Source: a virus (taxonomy: Duplodnaviria > Caudoviricetes). From it: DNA of 42,103 nucleotides. A program made the translations under genes and the position numbers. The first letter of the stretch is position 1. Every line of letters begins with the position of its first letter. Shown one piece after another: positions 33,470-41,734 of the stretch. The stretch covers positions 1 to 42,103 of the IMG/VR virus record IMGVR_UViG_3300045410_000017; one strand, given 5' to 3'. A model generated the notes under the pieces. That model worked only from the letters and a program-made list of their open reading frames with translations. It searched no databases and was not told where the DNA came from.

Positions 33470-33795
33470 GTGAAGTCTCTGGCGAGTATGTGCACCCGCT
33501 CCGCTACCGCTCTCGCCCCTGTGAGGTCGAGGCGATGCGCTGGACGGGGAGCAACGCCGACGCCATCCGAGCGTGGATAGACCAGCCCTCCCACCAGTAC
33601 GGGCTCGGCGTGGACTTCGAGGGTGCGGCGTCCCTGTGGGTCAAGAAGGCCCAGCGGTGGGTCCCGATTGAGGTGGGCGACTACGTCATCGCCGAGCCTG
33701 ACGGCGACGGGTTCTACCCCTGCGCTTGGTCCATCTTCGACCAGCGATGGGAGCCGGCCCAGGCAGCCCACTTCGGCAGAAATGAGCAGTCGTGA
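33466..33795 (+). CDS. Conserved phage hypothetical protein
   Basis: YRSRPCEVEAMRWTG...GDYVI...FYPC..IF; ATGA-coupled. Confidence 0.8.
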   Translation: MSEVSGEYVHPLRYRSRPCEVEAMRWTGSNADAIRAWIDQPSHQYGLGVDFEGAASLWVKKAQRWVPIEVGDYVIAEPDGDGFYPCAWSIFDQRWEPAQAAHFGRNEQS

Positions 33796-34208
33796 CGCCC
33801 GACGACGAGGTGCTGGAGATGTACCTGGAGATGCGGCGAGACGGTGTCGGCGAGCGGTCGGCCGCCCGCCAGGTGCACGCCGACCACCGTGAGCTGGCGG
33901 CCTGGTTCGAGATGAACCCCGATGCCCGAGCCCGGCTAGAGGATGCGCTGATCGAGCGCATCGAGCGGGTCGAGGCCAAGATGTGGGCCGCCGGCCAGGA
34001 GGGCGACATCAACGCCGCCACGAAGGTGCTGGAGAGCCACCTGCCGGCCGAGTGGACGAAGCCCACGCCCGAGATGATCCTGCGGGTGCAGCAAGTGGAC
34101 GCTGACATTGACGTGGGCGACCTCAAGGCCCGGCTCGAAGCGGCGCAACGGAAGATCGAGTTGGACAGCGTAGCGATCGAGGTGGAGGCAGACGATGGGG
34201 CAAACTGA
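33792..34208 (+). CDS. Terminase small subunit-like protein
   Basis: HTH-like start, W..MNPD, VEAKMWAAGQEGDINAATKVLE..PAEW. Confidence 0.6.
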   Translation: MTPDDEVLEMYLEMRRDGVGERSAARQVHADHRELAAWFEMNPDARARLEDALIERIERVEAKMWAAGQEGDINAATKVLESHLPAEWTKPTPEMILRVQQVDADIDVGDLKARLEAAQRKIELDSVAIEVEADDGAN

Positions 34209-34362
34209 GTGGGACGTGTGGCAGGACGGCAAGCGAGTGGCCGACTGGCTCCTGTTCGCTATCGAGAACAGTCGTGGTCCTTTGCCCTACGGCTACCGCC
34301 TGCCCGTCGAGGTAGCCAAAGCCGCCGCTCGGCTAAGAGGTAACCGAGATGGTTGTGGCTGA
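34195..34362 (+). CDS. Hypothetical protein (55 aa)
   Basis: SD GGAGG; overlaps the upstream gene end. Confidence 0.5.
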   Translation: MGQTEWDVWQDGKRVADWLLFAIENSRGPLPYGYRLPVEVAKAAARLRGNRDGCG

Positions 34363-34490
34363 CCCCGGCCACGTCGATTCGTGGTCCTCGCCGGCCGGCG
34401 GGTGGCCCTCGTTCTGCCAGTTCTGCGGACGGCGCTTGACAGGCGATATATGCTGGTCTTGTGATAGTCTACTTTCCCAGGAGGACGAAC

Positions 34491-34685
34491 GTGCGACGAG
34501 TGAACACACCTGACGGCGAGTACCTGATCCGAGTCTCGGACGAGTACGTTGAGAAGGCGCTGGCCCGAGGCGAGATCGTGGAGACCGAAGGCAAGCATCT
34601 CGTGGTGGTGCCCCAGCCCATCCGAGAACTGAACGAGGACGAGAAGCGGCGCATCCGCCTCGCCAAGGAAAGGAAGGCACGCTAG
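34491..34685 (+). CDS. Hypothetical protein
   Basis: SD AGGAGG before GTG 34491. Confidence 0.7.
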   Translation: MRRVNTPDGEYLIRVSDEYVEKALARGEIVETEGKHLVVVPQPIRELNEDEKRRIRLAKERKAR

Positions 34686-34942
34686 TGGCACACCGCAAGC
34701 ACAACATCGGGGGCGGCGGCAACGCCCACCTGCGCCGAGAGATCGCCAACCTGGAGCGCAACCTGGCCGAGGCCACCGAAGCCTACAAGGGCTGCGCCGC
34801 CACGCTGTACGAGACGTACTGCGCCGGCATGGGTGTCGACCCCCAGGGCGACGACTTCGTGCCGCCCGACACGGACGGCCCGGCCGCCACGGTGCGGCGC
34901 CGGATGGACGAGCTGGCCGCTGCGGCCAAGGTGCTGGTGTGA
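34685..34942 (+). CDS. Hypothetical protein
   Basis: Coupled; high GC3. Confidence 0.7.
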   Translation: MAHRKHNIGGGGNAHLRREIANLERNLAEATEAYKGCAATLYETYCAGMGVDPQGDDFVPPDTDGPAATVRRRMDELAAAAKVLV

Positions 34943-35097
34943 GCGCCCCCCAGATCGACGTGCGGCGGGTGGCGTTCAGGTTCTACACCTGGAGGTTCGA
35001 GTGGGACGGCAAGGCCACCATCGGCTTCGGCGCAAAGTCCCATGCCCGTGCTGCGGCCCGGAGGTTCTTGATGGACAACGGCGGGGAGTTGGTGTGA
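34939..35097 (+). CDS. Hypothetical protein (52 aa)
   Basis: GTGA-coupled at both ends. Confidence 0.55.
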   Translation: MSAPQIDVRRVAFRFYTWRFEWDGKATIGFGAKSHARAAARRFLMDNGGELV

Positions 35098-35261
35098 CCT
35101 ACGCCGCCGGCAAGGGCCACGAGACGTGCTCCTCGCCCAAGCCGTGCTGCCAGCCCGCCGAGGTCGAGATCAAGCACGCCCTCGTGAACGACCAAGACGA
35201 AATCTATGCGATCGTGCCGCTCGGCTACTGCCTGGAGCACGGAATGGGAGAACAGACGTGA
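35094..35261 (+). CDS. Small Cys-rich hypothetical protein (55 aa)
   Basis: GTGA-coupled at both ends. Confidence 0.55.
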   Translation: MTYAAGKGHETCSSPKPCCQPAEVEIKHALVNDQDEIYAIVPLGYCLEHGMGEQT

Positions 35262-35509
35262 GCGCTGAGACAGACGACATCCTCGCCAAGTTCACCGACA
35301 TGCTACGTATTCCCACGGGCGATGGTGCCAGCAAGAGGGACGCTGGCACTAAGGTACATTGGATGATTGACACCTCGCACCCGGACGCCGCCGCCGCCCA
35401 CTACGGAGAATGGCTGCTCGGGCACACGTTCGACACAGAATCAGGCGCACACCATTTGATCCACGCAGCCTGGAGATTCTTGGCTATCGCAGCCCAGGAG
35501 ACAGCATGA
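35258..35509 (+). CDS. DUF5664 / dATP-dGTP diphosphohydrolase-like protein (83 aa)
   Basis: AAAHYGEWLLGHTFDTESGAHHLIHAAW. Confidence 0.65.
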   Translation: MSAETDDILAKFTDMLRIPTGDGASKRDAGTKVHWMIDTSHPDAAAAHYGEWLLGHTFDTESGAHHLIHAAWRFLAIAAQETA

Positions 35510-36111
35510 AGCAATGCACGAAGTGCCACGAGACCAAGCCGCTAGATCAGTTCTATGCACAGCGGAGCTGCAAGGACGGGCGGCGGCCAGACTGCAAGGA
35601 CTGCCGCCGCAAGTACAACAGCCAGCGCATCGAACGTCAGGCAGAACTACGCAGACGACGGACGCTAGGGCGTTACGGGGTGGACGAGCAGGGCTGGGCG
35701 GATGTGCTGGAAATCCAAGGAGGTGTCTGTGCCATCTGCGGACTCTCCCCCGAGACTGGCGCTCGCCCTCTCTGTGTTGACCACGACCATGAGACAGACG
35801 ACGTGCGGGGACTGCTGTGCCCCACCTGCAACGGCGGGCTAGGGATGTTTCGTGATGACCCAGCCCTTCTTGTCACGGCAGCACAGTATCTCAAGTTCTG
35901 GTCAGACGGATGGGGAAAGGCGAAGGAGATTATCGGCCAGGCCCAGTTCTGGAAGGAGGTGCAGGACGGGAGGCTACGGACCACGCCCTACTTCGACCGT
36001 GCACCGTGCGCCACCAAGCTCGCCGGCATGAACGTGGTGGTCGACCGCAACGTCCCGCCCGGCACGCTCTGGTTACGCTGTCTCTCGGATCGACATGGAG
36101 CCCTTCGATGA
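35506..36111 (+). CDS. Endonuclease VII-family HNH endonuclease with C-terminal extension
   Basis: KQCTKC..KPLDQF, QGGVCAIC, VDHDH...VRGLLCPTCNGGLG. Confidence 0.88.
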   Translation: MKQCTKCHETKPLDQFYAQRSCKDGRRPDCKDCRRKYNSQRIERQAELRRRRTLGRYGVDEQGWADVLEIQGGVCAICGLSPETGARPLCVDHDHETDDVRGLLCPTCNGGLGMFRDDPALLVTAAQYLKFWSDGWGKAKEIIGQAQFWKEVQDGRLRTTPYFDRAPCATKLAGMNVVVDRNVPPGTLWLRCLSDRHGALR

Positions 36112-36160
36112 GGCCCGTGCCCACGTCGAGGCGGCGTGGCGGGATGAGGTAAACTAGAAC

Positions 36161-36949
36161 ATGCCGACCGACCGTGACCCCGCCATCGTCTGGCGTCCGC
36201 TGCCCGAGCACCTGACCCAGCCCGCCATCACGCCCGTCCAGTGGATTCTCCACACGGCCGTCGATGCGCCCGGCCCCACGAATCTCTACGGCTACTTCGA
36301 GCGCCACGACATCAACCTGGAGAGCCATACGTGGCTGCGGTGGAACAGCCACGAACAGTTCATCCCGTTCAACCGTTCGGCCGACGCCAACTACAAGGCC
36401 AACAGGTGGTGGAACGACTCGCTCGGCGGGTGGGTCGGCGCCATCTCGACCGAGACCGAGGACGACGGCAACCCCGAGGGCAAGCCGTGGAACGAGTACC
36501 AGATCAACGAGCTGGTGCGCTCCGGGGTGTGGCTCAACCGCAACCTCGACATCCCGGCCGTGATCCCAGCCTCGCCGTTCGCCCCTGGCATGGGCTACCA
36601 CTCGCTGTACCCTGGTGTGTGGACGAACGTGCGAGGCAAGACGTGCCCCGGCTCGACCCGCATCAAGCAGTTCAGAGACCTTGTGTTGCCCGCCATCCAG
36701 CGAGCGACGACCGCAACACCCGACCCCACGGAGGATATCGTGGAACGCATCATCTTCTTCACCAACGGAGCGAGCGGCAACCACGCCTACCGCTGCACGG
36801 GCGGCATCGGCAAGTACCTGCCCACGGCCCAGGCCATCGCCGCCGCCGAGTACATCGGAGTCAAGCGAGCCAACCAGCCGTCCGCTCCGTGGAACAAGGA
36901 TCTTGCTGCCGGGTACGCCTTGCTCGACGGTCCGCTCAAGAACGTCTGA
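36161..36949 (+). CDS. Endolysin, N-acetylmuramoyl-L-alanine amidase (Amidase_2-like)
   Basis: ILHT, AISTETE, GYH and KTCPG zinc-amidase motifs. Confidence 0.85.
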   Translation: MPTDRDPAIVWRPLPEHLTQPAITPVQWILHTAVDAPGPTNLYGYFERHDINLESHTWLRWNSHEQFIPFNRSADANYKANRWWNDSLGGWVGAISTETEDDGNPEGKPWNEYQINELVRSGVWLNRNLDIPAVIPASPFAPGMGYHSLYPGVWTNVRGKTCPGSTRIKQFRDLVLPAIQRATTATPDPTEDIVERIIFFTNGASGNHAYRCTGGIGKYLPTAQAIAAAEYIGVKRANQPSAPWNKDLAAGYALLDGPLKNV

Positions 36950-36961
36950 GGCTCGTCTCAA

Positions 36962-37396
36962 ATGAGACTGGGTTGTCTGCATGGACATGATGCTGCGCAC
37001 TATGTTCGGGACCGCTCAGGACGGCCGTGGTGCAGAGAGTGCAACAGGATTCGCCAGCAGGGATACAGGAATCGGCTAACACCAGAGCAGAAAGAGGCGT
37101 CTCTCGAACGCTACCGAATCTCGGTTAGGCGGACGGGCGAAGCACTACGCCAAAGCGTCTTGGATGCGTACGGACGAGCGTGTGTTTGTTGTGGCGAGGC
37201 GCATGAGCGATTCCTGTGTGTCGATCACATAGACGGCGGCGGCAACAACCATCGCCGTGAGATTGGGAATGGACGAGCCTTCTATCGCTGGCTCAGGGAC
37301 AACGATTGGCCGACAGGATTCCAGATCCTTTGTCACAACTGCAACTTTGCAAAGTCGCATGGAGGATGTCCTCATGGACAGAGTGCCCCCCGCTGA
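36962..37396 (+). CDS. HNH endonuclease
   Basis: CLHGH, YGRACVCCGE..FLCVDHIDGGG, QILCHNCN; overlaps the polymerase start. Confidence 0.88.
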   Translation: MRLGCLHGHDAAHYVRDRSGRPWCRECNRIRQQGYRNRLTPEQKEASLERYRISVRRTGEALRQSVLDAYGRACVCCGEAHERFLCVDHIDGGGNNHRREIGNGRAFYRWLRDNDWPTGFQILCHNCNFAKSHGGCPHGQSAPR

Positions 37397-39086
37397 GATT
37401 GAACTAACGCTTGTGGACTCGGAGGCAGAGCTTGAGAACTTTCGGGCTTGGCAGCCAAACGGTATCGTGAGTTGTGATATCGAAACTACTGGATTGCAGC
37501 CGTACGGCAAGCATGCTGACAGGATTCGCCTCGTGCAGTTCGGCGACGAGAACCACGGGTGGGCGCTGCCTTTCGGGGAGGCCAACGGTGGGCCGATCCA
37601 AGAGGCGCTCAAGCGTTTCGCCGGCCGCATCGCCAACCACAACAGCCGCTTCGATGAGGCGTTCCTCCAGCAGGCGTGTTTCAACACGGGCGAACAATGG
37701 CAAGATACGTATATCGCCCACCACCTGCTCTACCCCGCCGACTGGCACGGCCTCAAGAGCGTGGCCGGCCAGCTCTACGGGAGGGAAGTGCGGGCCGGCG
37801 AGCGGTGGCTGGATCAGGTCAAGGCCAAGAACGGGTGGGACTGGGCGACCGTGCCCGTCGACCACCCTGCGTACTGGGGCTACGGTGCGCTCGACACCTG
37901 CCTCTCGGCCCGGATCTGGAACGACCTGTCGCCGAGCCTCGACAAGGTGCGCCCGCAGTACGACCGGGAGATGCGGTGCGCCCGTATGATGGCGGACGTG
38001 TCGGCCCGAGGGCTGGCCGTGGACCTCGACTACGCCGAGCGCCTGCTCGACGGGTGGGCCACCGAGAAGGCCGAGATCGGTGAGCGGCTCGCCGGCTACG
38101 CCATCGCCAACCCGAACAGCGGGCGGCAGGTGGCGGCGGCTCTGGAGAACGAGGGCTGGGAGCCCGACCTGTTGACCGAGACCGGCCAAGTCTGTGTCAA
38201 CAAGGACGTGCTCGCCGGCCTCGACCACGAGATCGCTGGGATGGTGCTGCGGTACCGCCGGCTCGGGAAGTGGGCCACGTCGTACGTTCAGCCCATGCTC
38301 GACAGCGGTGGCCGGATGCACGCCAACATCTCGTCGCTGCGGGCGGCGACCGGGCGCATGGCGATCTCCGAGCCGCCGCTCCAACAGCTCCCGAAAGGTC
38401 CCGAGGTGCGTGACTGTGTGCTCGCCGACGAGGGCACCGAGATGTGGGCCATCGACTACGACGGCCAAGAGGCCAGGCTGATGGCAGCCTTTGTGGCTGA
38501 CCCTGGCTTCACTGACGAAGTGCTGAACGGTGGTGACATCCACGGCAACATTGCCCACAAGATGTACGGTCCTGACTACACCAAGGAACAGCGAGGGTGG
38601 GCGAAGAACGCCTACTACGGATACTGCTACGGTGCCGCCAAGAAACGCCTTGCACTCACCGCACACACCCGGCCTGGCGACTTCGAGAAGGCGGTCAAGG
38701 CTGCGTACCCTGCTGTGTCGGGGTTCATGCAACAGGTCATCAATAAGGGCAAGGAGCGCCACGCCGAGGATGGGCTGGCGTGGGCCAAGACCGCTGGCGG
38801 ACGAACTGTCGCTGTGCCAAAGAGCAGGATGTACGCACTCACGAACTATCTCCTTCAAGGAAGCGGTGCGGACCTGATGAAGGCAGGGTTGGAGAGGATT
38901 GACGACGCTGGCTTGGCCGACACAATCCGGCTTGTCGTCCACGACGAGGTGATCTGTTGCTTCCCCAAGGGAGAGGGTGAGAAGATGGCGGCTCGTGTAA
39001 AGGAATGTTTGGAGACAGAGTTCCGAGGCGTGGAGTTTCCTGCCCACGCCAACGGACCAGGCGAGCGATGGGGTGACGTGGCATGA
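37374..39086 (+). CDS. polA: Family A DNA polymerase with 3'-5' exonuclease
   Basis: DIETTG, HNSRFD, YGALD; ATGRMA, DYDGQEAR (A), RGWAKNAYYGYCYG (B), VHDE (C); SD GGAGG before ATG 37374. Confidence 0.95.
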   Translation: MDRVPPAEIELTLVDSEAELENFRAWQPNGIVSCDIETTGLQPYGKHADRIRLVQFGDENHGWALPFGEANGGPIQEALKRFAGRIANHNSRFDEAFLQQACFNTGEQWQDTYIAHHLLYPADWHGLKSVAGQLYGREVRAGERWLDQVKAKNGWDWATVPVDHPAYWGYGALDTCLSARIWNDLSPSLDKVRPQYDREMRCARMMADVSARGLAVDLDYAERLLDGWATEKAEIGERLAGYAIANPNSGRQVAAALENEGWEPDLLTETGQVCVNKDVLAGLDHEIAGMVLRYRRLGKWATSYVQPMLDSGGRMHANISSLRAATGRMAISEPPLQQLPKGPEVRDCVLADEGTEMWAIDYDGQEARLMAAFVADPGFTDEVLNGGDIHGNIAHKMYGPDYTKEQRGWAKNAYYGYCYGAAKKRLALTAHTRPGDFEKAVKAAYPAVSGFMQQVINKGKERHAEDGLAWAKTAGGRTVAVPKSRMYALTNYLLQGSGADLMKAGLERIDDAGLADTIRLVVHDEVICCFPKGEGEKMAARVKECLETEFRGVEFPAHANGPGERWGDVA

Positions 39087-39343
39087 GACCGAAGCAGATG
39101 CTCACGACGAAGGATGTTGACTACTGGCGCTCGGCCGACCCGGACGCCAAGGCCACAGTGTTCCAGCCGCCCGACGACATGGCCGGATGCCAGCCGTGCC
39201 CCGCCGTGGTGGCGCTGGGTGCCGTGCGTGTGGCGTGGGAACTGGACGAGATAGAACTAACCCACCTAGCCCAAGGCGGGACGCTGTGGCTCTCGACTTG
39301 GGGCGGCCTCCCACCTCATATGCTGGAGGTGCAGGAGCCGTGA
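39083..39343 (+). CDS. Hypothetical protein
   Basis: ATGA-coupled; WELDEIELTHLAQGGTLWL. Confidence 0.75.
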   Translation: MRPKQMLTTKDVDYWRSADPDAKATVFQPPDDMAGCQPCPAVVALGAVRVAWELDEIELTHLAQGGTLWLSTWGGLPPHMLEVQEP

Positions 39344-39367
39344 TCGACTGGCTGAGTTGGATGGTGG

Positions 39368-39544
39368 ATGATCCCGATGGTGGATGAGTTCCTCGGCTAC
39401 GCTGACGGCATCATGTTCGCCGTGGGGCGAGGGCTGTACGAGCGCCTGCCCGTGCCGTGCCGGGTGTGCCGGCGGTGCGGGGCCGTGGTCATTGACGAGG
39501 AAATCCACGACATCTGGCACGGTAGACTAGAGGCTCAGACGTGA
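39368..39544 (+). CDS. Small zinc-finger protein (58 aa)
   Basis: CRRCGAVV....HDIWH; stop overlaps GTG 39541. Confidence 0.6.
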   Translation: MIPMVDEFLGYADGIMFAVGRGLYERLPVPCRVCRRCGAVVIDEEIHDIWHGRLEAQT

Positions 39545-40296
39545 CGAGAGAGACAGATGACACCGACAGACGATCGCTATTCCCCGGCAAGCCTCCGACA
39601 CCGAGCATCGGTAGCGAGGGAGCGGGCCGCGTACTTCATCCAGCAGGCCGAGCGCCTCGAACAGGCATCAAGGGAACTGGCACCCACAACGACCGAGCCG
39701 CCTGCCAAGAGTGCGGAGGCCCCAAAGAACCAGGAACCAGGAAGATGCGGTGCGCCCCCTGTATCGCTAAGTGGTACTACACCACACCTTCTGGCGAAGT
39801 ACGACGCCGAATCCTATGCCGGTGTGGTGGGCTAAAGGAGCAGGGCAAGTGGTACTGTGATGAGTGTCGTGTCATCATCCAAGCGACAAACGGTGTGGCG
39901 GCCAATGAGCGACGACGAGACAAGTATCTCCAGGCGCAGTATGGAATCAACCAAGCCCGCTACCTTGAGATCAAGGAAGAACAGGAAGGCGTGTGCGCCA
40001 TCTGTTCTCGGCCAGCGCCCGGCGGCAGGAATCTCGACGTAGACCATTGCCACAAGACGGGGGCCGTGCGTGGCTTGTTGTGCGCCCGGTGCAACCAACA
40101 ACTCTTGCCGATCGCCAAGGACGACCCTGTTCTGCTGCGGGCGGCGGCCGACTACCTAGAGCGAGAGCCGCTCGGGTGGGCGCCCCAGCCTGAGGATCTC
40201 CCTGATAGTCTAAAGGGACACCTTCGGAAGAACCGTGACGTTGACCGGCCCTTGAAGGAACTTCCTCGATGGATGAGTAAGAACAAAGGATGGTAA
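39541..40296 (+). CDS. Endonuclease VII-family HNH endonuclease
   Basis: QEGVCAIC, LDVDHCHKTGAVRGLLCARCN, LRAAADYLE. Confidence 0.88.
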   Translation: MTRETDDTDRRSLFPGKPPTPSIGSEGAGRVLHPAGRAPRTGIKGTGTHNDRAACQECGGPKEPGTRKMRCAPCIAKWYYTTPSGEVRRRILCRCGGLKEQGKWYCDECRVIIQATNGVAANERRRDKYLQAQYGINQARYLEIKEEQEGVCAICSRPAPGGRNLDVDHCHKTGAVRGLLCARCNQQLLPIAKDDPVLLRAAADYLEREPLGWAPQPEDLPDSLKGHLRKNRDVDRPLKELPRWMSKNKGW

Positions 40297-40496
40297 CTAT
40301 GAATGAGCCCGTCGCCCCGCTCTCGTGGTCAACGGTCAAGATCGAGACTCCGTTCGGGTCGATCACCTTGACGCTCGACTCGTCGGTCGAGAGCTACAAC
40401 GCCGCCGATGTGGCCGGCGCTCTGCTCCGTCCGGCCCTACTCGCCCAAGGCTACGACCAGCGTGTCGTGGACAAGTACGTTCCCGAGGTTTACTAG
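40290..40496 (+). CDS. Hypothetical protein
   Basis: Overlaps the upstream stop; high GC3; start may be 40299. Confidence 0.65.
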   Translation: MVTMNEPVAPLSWSTVKIETPFGSITLTLDSSVESYNAADVAGALLRPALLAQGYDQRVVDKYVPEVY

Positions 40497-40648
40497 TGCC
40501 GGATTACGTGGTGTACCTAACGAGCGTGGCCGAGATCACGGCCGACAGCCCGGCGCACGCCGAGGAAGTCGCTGCTGACCTGGGGCCGAGAGACTTCGAT
40601 GTCCGTGACATCGAGATCGAAGAACTGGGCACGGGCGGCGGGCTTTGA
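40496..40648 (+). CDS. Small acidic protein (50 aa)
   Basis: YVVYLTSVAEITADSPAHAEE; TAGTG-coupled. Confidence 0.6.
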   Translation: MPDYVVYLTSVAEITADSPAHAEEVAADLGPRDFDVRDIEIEELGTGGGL

Positions 40649-41448
40649 CTTCCCCGCTGAACGCAGCCAGCAACGACGACGGCCGGTGGTACACCTGGAA
40701 CGACGAGAAGTTCCTGTCGGTCACCAACATCCTCTCCAAGTCGCTCGCCAAGGAGGCGCTCGTGCCGTGGGCCTGCAAGCTCACGGCCATCGAGGCCCGC
40801 AAGACCCTCGACTACGTGCTCAAGCACGGCGAGGAGCCGCCCCTGCCCGTCGAGAAGGTGCTCAAGACCAAGACGAGGTACGTCAAGGACTGGGAGACCG
40901 ACTGGAAGCGGGAGCACACCCGTGTGAAGGACGCTTCGAGCGTGCGGGGCAACATCATCCACGACTGGGCCGAGAACTGGGTGCTGGGCCACGAGCCCGA
41001 CCCGCCGGCCGAGTACGTGGACGAGTGCCTCGGCATCATGCGAGCGTTCGAGAAGTACGGCATCGAGCCGATCGCTGCCGAGGCCACCGTCTACAACCGC
41101 CAGTTCCGCTACGCCGGCACGGGCGACCTGTTCGCCAAGGTCGAGGCGTGGGGCGGGGCCGTGGCGATGCTCGACTACAAGACCGGCAACAATGCGTGGG
41201 CCGAGACCGCCTACCAGCTCGCCGCCTACCGCTTCGGTGAGTTCCTCGGCCTGCCGGACGGCTCAGAAATGCCCGTGCCAGAGACCCAGGCCGGTGGCGT
41301 GCTGCACGTCGACCACGGGACAACGCACCTGATCCCGTACCGGTGCGGCCGGGCCGAGTTCGAGGCGTTCACCCATATGGTGGCCGTGGCGTACGAGGTG
41401 GTCGAGCGGATGCCACAGGTCAAGGACCACGCAGCGATCCTCTCCTAG
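40645..41448 (+). CDS. PD-(D/E)XK (RecB/Cas4-like) exonuclease
   Basis: SVTNIL, RGNIIH, YAGTGD, LDYKTG, QLAAY. Confidence 0.88.
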   Translation: MTSPLNAASNDDGRWYTWNDEKFLSVTNILSKSLAKEALVPWACKLTAIEARKTLDYVLKHGEEPPLPVEKVLKTKTRYVKDWETDWKREHTRVKDASSVRGNIIHDWAENWVLGHEPDPPAEYVDECLGIMRAFEKYGIEPIAAEATVYNRQFRYAGTGDLFAKVEAWGGAVAMLDYKTGNNAWAETAYQLAAYRFGEFLGLPDGSEMPVPETQAGGVLHVDHGTTHLIPYRCGRAEFEAFTHMVAVAYEVVERMPQVKDHAAILS

Positions 41449-41470
41449 AAAGGTATGGTACACTTTCCCC

Positions 41471-41734
41471 ATGAACACAGAATCCCTCCGGATCAACCTG
41501 GACGGCGGCACCTGGCGAATCGACTACAGGGGCTACATCGAGACACCGATCCACCCCGACTGCCCTGACGAGGGCTGTGCCGAGATCGCTGTCGATGAGA
41601 TGGTCGGATCGACCACCTCCCTCGCACTCGCCGTGGCCGACGCTCGGGCCTGGGCGCTGGGTAGTGGCTTCAAGATCGGCTCGCCCAGGTTCGAGTACGG
41701 CAACGTCGTGACTTTCAAGTTGCGCCGCCCGTGA
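41471..41734 (+). CDS. Hypothetical protein
   Basis: TACACT 6 nt upstream of the ATG; GTGA-coupled to the next gene. Confidence 0.7.
   Translation: MNTESLRINLDGGTWRIDYRGYIETPIHPDCPDEGCAEIAVDEMVGSTTSLALAVADARAWALGSGFKIGSPRFEYGNVVTFKLRRP

Noticed and set aside
35258-35509. Z-genome or other base-modification pathway suggested by the DUF5664-like gene
   Set aside because: No purZ, datZ, queuosine-pathway or transferase genes seen.
40645-41448. CRISPR-associated Cas4
   Set aside because: No array or other cas genes and no Fe-S cysteine set; fits an ordinary phage exonuclease.
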